A stretch of DNA of 32,000 nt, from contig NC_002939.5 in assembly GCF_000007985.2 (NCBI RefSeq), forward strand, positions 2,370,001 through 2,402,000, in the 5' to 3' direction. The position numbers and the translations under genes are program-made. Source of the stretch: Geobacter sulfurreducens PCA. Lineage in GTDB: Bacteria; Desulfobacterota; Desulfuromonadia; Geobacterales; Geobacteraceae. The notes beneath the pieces are model-generated. The model saw only the letters and a program-made list of their open reading frames with translations. It made no database searches and was not told the origin of the DNA. Positions 15,509 to 21,831 of the stretch are shown piece by piece (the stretch's first letter is position 1; each line of letters opens with the position of its first letter).

Positions 15509-15682
15509 ATGGAAGCACTTTTGAGGCAGCGTGACCTGATGGAAATCATGAACGTATCGCGTGCAACACTCTGGAGGATGCTGAGATACCAGGATTTTCC
15601 CAAGCCGGTCATCCTGATGGGATGCAAGCGTTGGAGGTCCGAAGATGTCGCTGTGTGGATCGAGGCGCGAAAAAGTGTCTGA
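15509..15682 (+). CDS. AlpA-family HTH protein (excisionase/regulator type), 57 aa
   Basis: It falls below the ORF-track cutoff. The translation is MEALLRQRDLMEIMNVSRATLWRMLRYQDFPKPVILMGCKRWRSEDVAVWIEARKSV. It fits the AlpA pattern (vSrsTlyR...FPkPv.lg.r...W...ev..Wi). RBS is GGAGGAAAGG. Confidence 0.8.
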   Translation: MEALLRQRDLMEIMNVSRATLWRMLRYQDFPKPVILMGCKRWRSEDVAVWIEARKSV

Positions 15683-15726
15683 GGGCAACACCATAGTATC
15701 AATGAGGATGAATCGGGAGGTTCCGG

Positions 15727-16566
15727 TTGCCTGACCACCTTCAACCGACGCTGTTCCAGGACGCCGGAAAAACACAAGCGTCCGACACGTTTCAGGAACT
15801 GCTGGCAAGTATCGCTGCCAGACCCAAATACCTGCCAGACTGGCCGGAGAGTCACCGGGCTTTGCCCAATGAGATTCTGCGGTCGGCGTTATTCAATTGC
15901 CGTAATAGGAACCTGCCTCGCATGTTCCTGAAGGAGGTTGAGATCGCAGTGATTGGAGATGGTCAGGTTATTTATCGAGGGGAAGAGCTTCGGCAGGATG
16001 ACGAGCTGGTCTGGATGCACCTGATGCATTTGATCAAGAAGAGCCCGCTGGGAGAGTGCGTTGAGTTTACCCCTTATTCGTTCATCAAGGCGCTCGGATG
16101 GCCCATCAAGGGCCAAAACTATGATCGGCTCCGGAATTGTCTGAGTCGCATGCAGGCTACGGCGCTGCGCATACAGTCCAAGCGCCTGCATAGCTTCGTC
16201 AGCATTTCATTGATCCAGAAATTCCTTTCCAGAAACGAGCGGAACGAGAGCCTGACCCGATGGCAGGTATGGGTCGGGAAGGAGATGCAGTTGCTGTTCG
16301 ACGAGGAGTTTCTGACCAGGGTGATGTGGGAGACCAGGCGGTCGTTACCAGACGGCATTGCTTCAAAACTGTTCGGCTACTGGGCCAGTCATCGGAAACC
16401 GTACCCGGTTAAAGTCGAGACCCTGCTGAAGCTGTGCGGTTCCGGCATGCAGACAAAACACTTCAAGATTGAGCTGAAAAGGGCTCTCGATCTTCTCAAG
16501 CAATCAGGATTTCTGGAAGCATGGGAGCTTAAGGATGAACTTGTTGTGGTTGTTCGGAGACATTGA
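15727..16566 (+). CDS. trfA: TrfA-like plasmid replication initiator
   Basis: TTG start is preceded by GGGAGG. LPDWPESHRALPNEILRSALFNCRN...IYRGEELRQDDELVWMHLMHL...VEFTPYSFIKALGW...NYDRLRNCLSRMQATALRI follows the conserved TrfA layout. An iteron array follows immediately. Confidence 0.75.
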   Translation: MPDHLQPTLFQDAGKTQASDTFQELLASIAARPKYLPDWPESHRALPNEILRSALFNCRNRNLPRMFLKEVEIAVIGDGQVIYRGEELRQDDELVWMHLMHLIKKSPLGECVEFTPYSFIKALGWPIKGQNYDRLRNCLSRMQATALRIQSKRLHSFVSISLIQKFLSRNERNESLTRWQVWVGKEMQLLFDEEFLTRVMWETRRSLPDGIASKLFGYWASHRKPYPVKVETLLKLCGSGMQTKHFKIELKRALDLLKQSGFLEAWELKDELVVVVRRH

Positions 16567-16690
16567 CCTATGACCGACCTGACATTGACTTTTGACCGAC
16601 TGACTATTGACCTATGGCCGACCGGTACTGACTTTTGGCCGACCGAACTATTGACTATTGACCGACCGAACCCATGACTTTTGGCCGACC
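16563..16690 (+). repeat. six direct 17-bp iterons (oriV-like)
   Basis: The copies are TTGACCTATGACCGACC, TTGACTTTTGACCGAC, TTGACCTATGGCCGACC, CTGACTTTTGGCCGACC, TTGACTATTGACCGACC and ATGACTTTTGGCCGACC. They start at 16563, 16585, 16607, 16628, 16651 and 16674, giving spacings of 21-23 bp (about two helical turns). Confidence 0.85.
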
Positions 16691-16732
16691 GCCACTGTCC
16701 TGATTTCAATGAACAATTGATTGGTTAGAAGG

Positions 16733-16741
16733 TTATCAACA
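16733..16741 (+). promoter_or_regulatory. DnaA-box-like nonamer within an A/T-richer stretch next to the iterons
   Basis: TTATCAACA matches the TTATCCACA consensus at 8 of 9 positions. It lies inside an inverted repeat, GGTTAGAAGGTT ... AACCTTCTTCTAACC. Confidence 0.3.
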
Positions 16742-16806
16742 CCCCGCTAACCTTCTTCTAACCATTTTTAACCATAAGAGGCGTCGGATTGACAGGAAGG
16801 AATACG

Positions 16807-17124
16807 ATGAACTGCCCATTCCCGGATGAAGCAATGAAAACAGTGGTTTCGTATTTGCGCCGTTCAGGCCAGACCGTTGTCTTTTCGGAAAGTTCATTTG
16901 TCCTTGCGAAGGGGAATCCGAATATCTCCGTCATCGAACAGGCATGTGCGGACGGAGCGGTATCCCTTACCGAGGACGGGTCGATTCAGGTGTGCGGAAC
17001 TAGGATAATGGCCGAGTTGGACACAGTTAAACTCCGCAGAAGAGTTGAAGACCACTTACGAAAATCGGCTACCAAGCAGGACATCATCCGCATTGCAGCA
17101 TGTTTGGGGATCAGGCTGAAGTAA
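16807..17124 (+). CDS. hypothetical protein
   Basis: ATG at 16807 is preceded by AGGAAGGAA. No motif recognised. Confidence 0.5.
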   Translation: MNCPFPDEAMKTVVSYLRRSGQTVVFSESSFVLAKGNPNISVIEQACADGAVSLTEDGSIQVCGTRIMAELDTVKLRRRVEDHLRKSATKQDIIRIAACLGIRLK

Positions 17125-17258
17125 CTGCTGATCCCCGTTTCCCCTGAATAAGTTTTCCCCTAGGGCAGTATCGCGTCTGTTTTCGGCCTGAAGCCGTTTC
17201 AGCCGCTGAATCGAATATTCATTCTGGCACGGCCTGGCTCACACAGATGAGCACAGGC

Positions 17259-17301
17259 AAAGCCGGTCATCGGAGCACGACTTCGAGGCCGGCTTTTTTT
17301 T
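17259..17301 (+). terminator. rho-independent terminator in the 16807-gene / sigma-gene spacer
   Basis: Stem AAAGCCGG / CCGGCTTT is followed by a run of eight T. It is preceded by a strong hairpin, GCCTGGCTCA-CACAGA-TGAGCACAGGC, at 17232-17258. Confidence 0.5.
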
Positions 17302-17316
17302 ATTCGGAGCGAGACC

Positions 17317-17874
17317 ATGGATTTTGACAAGGCAGTTGCGTGGGTCGAAGAAAATAAGGCGATGATCAAGGGATATATCGCCAAGTACCGGAATTTTTCA
17401 CCGTATGAAGAACGTGATTACATGCAGGAAGCCTACGAATCTGCTTTCGTAGCCGCATGTCGCTGCGGTGAGAAGAAGATCAAATTCGAGGCTGCCTTCT
17501 GGAAAGTATTTCGGAATCAGATCAGTGTCATAACGCCAGCGCCGGATATTCTGACCCATGGATCGAATTCGATTCCCTCACATTTCTGTTCTGACGACCT
17601 TTCGGCTGTTGCTGAAAAACGCTCACAAGAAAGACAGAAAGAGCCCGACATCGAGGCGATATTCCAGTCGGTGCGCCATCACCTCACGGAAAAGGAGCAA
17701 CAGGTCCTTTATTGGGCTCTCGGAATCGGTATGGAAGGACAGATGTCGAATTACGAGATTGCTGATCGGCTTGGATGCGTTGTTTCGAACGTCAGAGATA
17801 TCCTCAGCAGAGCACTCGACCGGATCAAATCCCTTGTCGAGAAAGGCAGCATCGATCCCAAGAATTTGGTCTGA
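17317..17874 (+). CDS. sigma-70 family (group 4/ECF-like) RNA polymerase sigma factor
   Basis: A region 2-like segment is ERDYMQEAYESAFVAA. Region 4 HTH is LTEKEQQVLYWALGIG...MSNYEIADRLGCVVSNVRDILSRALDRIKSLV. RBS is GGAG. Confidence 0.7.
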   Translation: MDFDKAVAWVEENKAMIKGYIAKYRNFSPYEERDYMQEAYESAFVAACRCGEKKIKFEAAFWKVFRNQISVITPAPDILTHGSNSIPSHFCSDDLSAVAEKRSQERQKEPDIEAIFQSVRHHLTEKEQQVLYWALGIGMEGQMSNYEIADRLGCVVSNVRDILSRALDRIKSLVEKGSIDPKNLV

Positions 17875-17912
17875 TGTTGCAGCATATGCTTCATCACGAA
17901 AGGAGATGCACC

Positions 17913-18401
17913 ATGAACCTGGAACAGGCAGCACAGCAGTATAAACCAGTACCACTGAAAGCCCTTAAACGAATGGTTAGCGAGGGGCTGTTGACTGAGC
18001 TTTTGGATGAGAAAGATCAACATGCGCTGCAACTGCTTTCCCGCATTTGGTCGGATGAATGGTATGTCGCCCGAATGAACATGTCTTTCAAATCAGACAA
18101 GAGAGCGCTGATGCTCGCATTCCCGAACTTCGGCAAGATAGAGCGCTATATTCTGTGTTCATACCTCCCGAAAGAGCACGGACCCAGGTACAGGGTATCG
18201 GTGCGCGATGTTGCCAATAACCTCCGCGCCTTTTTCCACATCGAGTACCCGGAGTTCAAGATCAAACGTATCCGTCAGATTGCCTACAACATGTTGCGCA
18301 GCTGCAGGGGAGAGAGTCGGAGACTGTACCTTTCCTTGACGGCTTTGGAACATCAGTCGATGGAAAATCAGCGCAGGAAATCTGTCAAATATTCCAACTA
18401 A
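17913..18401 (+). CDS. hypothetical protein
   Basis: ATG at 17913 is preceded by AAAGGAGA. The longer ORF-track start at 17775 overlaps the sigma gene. Confidence 0.5.
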   Translation: MNLEQAAQQYKPVPLKALKRMVSEGLLTELLDEKDQHALQLLSRIWSDEWYVARMNMSFKSDKRALMLAFPNFGKIERYILCSYLPKEHGPRYRVSVRDVANNLRAFFHIEYPEFKIKRIRQIAYNMLRSCRGESRRLYLSLTALEHQSMENQRRKSVKYSN

Positions 18402-18440
18402 CAAACTTTTCTAAGGAAAAGTCTTAATAGAAAAGTTTGT
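18401..18440 (+). promoter_or_regulatory. perfect 13-bp inverted repeat (operator or hairpin)
   Basis: ACAAACTTTTCTA (18401-18413) and TAGAAAAGTTTGT (18428-18440) are separated by 14 nt. The repeat lies between two genes, just upstream of the RBS of the next gene. Confidence 0.4.
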
Positions 18441-18460
18441 ATTACGACAAGGAGCCAGCA

Positions 18461-19093
18461 ATGAAAGTTGAAGATATCGAAGAACTGCTCAACACCCGGA
18501 TCATCGAAGCGTTTTTGAGAGGATTCAGTGTCGTTGAGATCACCAGGGCGCTGAGGAAAACTACCGCAACTTCGGTCTATAATCTGCTGCGCGATACTGG
18601 CCGTATCAAATCTATGGCTAGAAGCGAGTACCGCCGCCAGTACGATATCGACCCGAGGTTGGCGACCGCATGCCGGCAAAAGGGATTCTCCTTTGGACGA
18701 TGGTGTCTCAGTTGGCGGCTTGATCCGCATATGGCCGTAGCTGAGCTGAAATCTGCCCCTGACACTGAGGAAGAGAGTGCTGCTCATGTGGCGCTGAAGA
18801 GAGATTTCCCGGATATCTATCTCAGGCTGTACAATGGGGCAAAGATCAAATCGGAGAAAAAGGGTAAATACCGGTCCAAGCCTGCTTCTCTAATGATCGA
18901 ATGGAGTTCGGAGCGGAAAGCGTTTTTAGCGACTGTCCCGGAATGTCCAGGCATCGAGGCCAGTGGCAAGAACTGGGATGATGTTTTCTCCGCCATAAAG
19001 TCGGTGCATCTGATGCACGAACATGTGAAACGGATTGACTGGCTTCTCAGCAGATCTGCCGATGAGTTTTGTCCGGCCAGTGGAGCCGAATAG
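18461..19093 (+). CDS. HTH protein with C-terminal HicB/UPF0150-like domain
   Basis: ATG at 18461 is preceded by AAGGAG. The N-terminal HTH-like segment is FSVVEITRALRKTTATSVYNLL. The C-terminal segment LMIEWSSERKAFLATVPECPGIEASGKNWDDVFSAIKSVH matches the HicB-like pattern (y.a.vPdlPGc...G.t.eea). No HicA-like gene was seen nearby. Confidence 0.5.
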   Translation: MKVEDIEELLNTRIIEAFLRGFSVVEITRALRKTTATSVYNLLRDTGRIKSMARSEYRRQYDIDPRLATACRQKGFSFGRWCLSWRLDPHMAVAELKSAPDTEEESAAHVALKRDFPDIYLRLYNGAKIKSEKKGKYRSKPASLMIEWSSERKAFLATVPECPGIEASGKNWDDVFSAIKSVHLMHEHVKRIDWLLSRSADEFCPASGAE

Positions 19094-19106
19094 TCACATC
19101 TCCGTA

Positions 19107-19203
19107 TTTGCGCCAAATTTGGTACCAAGTTTGTTACCAAATATGCGCCAAGTTCCGGAGGTGGCAAATTTGTCACCAAATATATCCCCATATTTGCCAC
19201 CGG
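19107..19203 (+). repeat. parC-like centromere: tandem 11-12-bp units TTTG-NNN-CCAA(A/G)
   Basis: The clear units are TTTGCGCCAAA, TTTGGTACCAAG, TTTGTTACCAAA, TATGCGCCAAG, TTTGTCACCAAA and TTTGCCACCGG, with two degenerate units among them. The array lies immediately upstream of the parM-like gene. A TTGCCA-N17-TATAGA promoter overlaps its 3' end. Confidence 0.6.
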
Positions 19204-19204
19204 T

Positions 19205-19225
19205 ACCTGCCCCCCCTATAGATAT
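19205..19225 (+). promoter_or_regulatory. copy 3 of the 20-bp motif (ACCTGCCCCCCCTATAGATAT), oriented toward parM
   Basis: It ends 45 nt before the ATG at 19271. Together with TTGCCA at 19194-19199 it forms a sigma70-like -35/N17/-10 arrangement. Confidence 0.5.
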
Positions 19226-19723
19226 TTTGTATGGAGGCGTACCCGCCTTACAAAATTTCTGGGGGTTGATATGAATGTGCTGGTGTGTGATCTCGGATTT
19301 TCTTCGGCCAAGTGGATTTACGGGGAGCGCAAGGGAAGGATCATTTCTGCGTTCAGCTACAACGGCGATAATCTGCTCATCGGAGAAGATTCCCTGATGG
19401 CGTCGGGTTCTTCCTATCTGAAAACGATGGAAGAGCTTGTGCGCTACTATCCGGTATTTGTGGAACAGTGCCTGAAGCAGGCTGGCTGTGAGGGGGACAT
19501 TCTTCTTGCCGTCGGGCTGCCATACTCCTATTGGCAGGAACAACACAAGCCGGGCGGCGCCGTGCCGGCATTGGCCAAGTCACTGACCGACGGAGCAATC
19601 AAGGATGTGGCTGTGTTCCCGCAGGGACTGGGAGGTTTGAGGGATTATCTCGATGGACTTCCGGAGCGCCCGACCGGCAATGTTCTCGGTATCGATATCG
19701 GCTTCAACACCATCATCTTCACC

Positions 19724-20963
19724 CACTGCTGTCCCATAGTTTCTAAAGCAGCACCAGTTGTGGCGAAGCCTCTACTTTCGGTGGTTTGAATAGGCTTTCA
19801 AGGTCTCGCCGCTCGAACAAATTCAGCTGTAATAACCGTAATATCTGCTGCATCGACGATCCGATCTTTGACAGAAACGTCAAGTATGCCAGTACCAGAT
19901 ACACGCACAGGGCAATCCAGATCTGTGTGAGTACGGCATTCTCCGAGGTGCCGAGGAAGGTCTTGATCTTCAGGTTCTGTTTGATCCACTTGAAGAACAG
20001 TTCGATCTTCCAGCGCTCTTTGTAGAGATCCGCCACGATTGCTGCTTTCAGGTGATGCGCATTGGTCACGAAGCGGTAATCGTTGCCGTCATCGGCGATG
20101 AACTGGACAAGCCGCAGTTTGTCCTTCATCCCTTTGAGCCGAATCTCCTGGTCAAGAATGACGCCCGTTGCTTTCCTGCCGGGACGCTTCTTGAAGTATT
20201 CCACCAAGGCGTTCTCTTTCAGCCGGGTTACGAAGAAGATGCCGTTGGTCGTTAGTTGCTGCCACCAGTCGTAATCGGTGAAGCCCCGGTCAAAGACGGC
20301 CAGTGAACCGGCAGGCAGTTGTAGCATCCTGGCCCAGGACATCTCGTGCTTCTTGCCTTCGGTCACATCGATGAACTCAGGCAGATAGCCGTCAGCATCA
20401 AGACCGACATGCATCTTTATGGCACCCTTCTTCTGCCGGTAGGTGGCCCAAGGGAACGCCTCCAGACAGAGATTGATGGTGGTGGCATCCAGCAGATAGA
20501 CTTTTTCATCGATCTTGAAGCGATGACTGGGTGCAACTGCCTTGCATCGATGCAGCATTTTGTAAAAGAGCTCTTTGTACAACTCATGCGGCTGTTCATC
20601 GTTCACTCTGGCCAAGGTGGTACGGGAAACCGTCTTCATGCCCAGATGATAGAGCTTGTGGCCTTGGGCCTTGAGGTTTTCCACGATATCCCGCAGACTT
20701 TTTCTGCCGGAAAGTTGACAAACCATCATCGCCATGAACTGCGACCAACGGTTAAAAGAACGAAACTTCTGCCCGATGTGATGCTTGCGGGCAAGGGATT
20801 CAAATTCATGTCTCTTGAAAAAACCGACAACTTGGTTAAGGACTGTGTTACAATGTGCCACGGCTCTGATCTCCTTGTTAATATTGGTGTTTTGGCGAAC
20901 TCAATATATCACAAGTAGCTCTCAGGGCCTCTCTTTATTCAGTTAAACTATGGGACAGCAGTG
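19724..20963 (-). mobile_element. IS4-family insertion sequence, 1240 bp, apparently intact
   Basis: Perfect 19-bp terminal inverted repeats CACTGCTGTCCCATAGTTT lie at 19724-19742 and 20945-20963. A 9-bp direct target duplication ATCTTCACC lies at 19715-19723 and 20964-20972. Confidence 0.9.
19743..20861 (-). CDS. IS4-family DDE transposase
   Basis: The 372-aa ORF fills the IS. It has the N-terminal DUF4372-like region (FESLARKHHIGQKFRSFNRWSQF), DDE residues (LLDATTI, VFDRGF) and the IS4 signature Y-x2-R-x3-E-x6-K in YKERWKIELFFKWIK. Confidence 0.9.
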   Translation of the reverse strand: MAHCNTVLNQVVGFFKRHEFESLARKHHIGQKFRSFNRWSQFMAMMVCQLSGRKSLRDIVENLKAQGHKLYHLGMKTVSRTTLARVNDEQPHELYKELFYKMLHRCKAVAPSHRFKIDEKVYLLDATTINLCLEAFPWATYRQKKGAIKMHVGLDADGYLPEFIDVTEGKKHEMSWARMLQLPAGSLAVFDRGFTDYDWWQQLTTNGIFFVTRLKENALVEYFKKRPGRKATGVILDQEIRLKGMKDKLRLVQFIADDGNDYRFVTNAHHLKAAIVADLYKERWKIELFFKWIKQNLKIKTFLGTSENAVLTQIWIALCVYLVLAYLTFLSKIGSSMQQILRLLQLNLFERRDLESLFKPPKVEASPQLVLL

Positions 20964-21408
20964 ATCTTCACCCTGTTCTCACCACAGAAAAAGCAGATCA
21001 TCCATGGCAAGACCCTCAACAAACGGGGCGTTCACCAGATGGCAACCAGCTTTCTGCTGCCACGAATCAAGAACCTCGCCCCATCAGGCACCTTCACTCC
21101 CGTGGAGATTGCCTTCCTGATCGAGAAGGGCTATTTGCAGTACGGCTTCGAGCGGCACGATGTCACCCGTGAAATCCAGGAAGCCGGCGTTGCGTATATC
21201 GAGCACATCATCCGTGACATTCAGGGTGAGTTGCAGGCCCATGTCGGCATGCATGCCGATTTTGATCGTGTACTGCTGTTCGGCGGTGGTGCCGCCTTCC
21301 TGAAGAACGGCCTGCCTGCCAGAAACATCGAGGTTATTGTCCTACCGGAACCGGAATTTGCCAATGCCAGGGGATTCCAGACACTCGCCTTTGCCAAGGG
21401 GGTGTGAT

Positions 21409-21723
21409 GTGCCCCTGTACTCGCTCAAGCTTTCCATCTATGACCCGGAAATCATCGCAGCCTTTGAACGGCTGCGCAAAAGCAGAAAGCAGGCGACGTT
21501 CACCCACGAAGCGATCAAGCAATTCCTCGCGACGGAACGGGGAAAGCAGGTGCTGGCCAACATGGATGGGGGCACATCAGATCAGCAATTGCCGGCTCTT
21601 ACTTCCATGGCGGTAAATAAACCTGCCGATAAGCCGCCGAATGAGACGATGTCTGGGGAAGGTGCTTCCGGATTTGTTCAGGACGTCGATTACGCCGATG
21701 TTTTGAACAGTATCCTTGAGTAA
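21409..21723 (+). CDS. ParR-like small DNA-binding partition adaptor (putative)
   Basis: GTG at 21409 is preceded by AAGGGGG, directly after the parM stop. The N-terminal LKLSIYDPEIIAAFERLRK is compatible with a ribbon-helix-helix fold. The position matches parR in parMRC loci. The assignment rests on position and size. Confidence 0.45.
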   Translation: MPLYSLKLSIYDPEIIAAFERLRKSRKQATFTHEAIKQFLATERGKQVLANMDGGTSDQQLPALTSMAVNKPADKPPNETMSGEGASGFVQDVDYADVLNSILE

Positions 21724-21831
21724 GACTATGTCCTTGTTCGCGCTTCACTCCAAGCGATAACTCCACAAAAACAACTTTAACTTTATAAATATTGCATTAC
21801 GTGGTATGTATTTTCAAGAAACTGACAATTC

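Larger units (their letters stand above)
19271..21407 (+). pseudogene. parM: ParM/StbA-like actin-type partition ATPase, interrupted by an IS element
   Basis: The N-terminal part (19271-19723) has actin-fold phosphate motifs VCDLGFSSAKW and GIDIGFNT. The C-terminal part (20973-21407) has LLFGGGAAF. Removing 19724-20972 restores one frame reading ...GFNTIIFTLFSPQKK.... Confidence 0.8.

Noticed and set aside
15439-15855. 138-aa and 112-aa minus-strand ORFs across the alpA/trfA region
   Set aside because: They are antisense to the well-supported AlpA-like gene and the TrfA start, and they would span the promoter-like motif. No RBS or motif is present.
16563-16690. Repeat arrays (here and at 19107-19203) as possible CRISPR arrays
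   Set aside because: The repeats are 11-17 bp and directly abutting or separated by only about 5 nt, with no spacers. They sit exactly where iterons (after trfA) and a parC centromere (before parM) are expected.
16389-16709. 106-aa minus-strand ORF covering the iteron array
   Set aside because: Its apparent coding potential is an artefact of the tandem repeats and the 3' end of trfA.
19786-20918. Plus-strand ORFs inside the IS4-family element (79, 67, 63 and 190 aa)
   Set aside because: They are antisense to the 372-aa transposase, which carries the DDE and YREK signatures and fills the IS.
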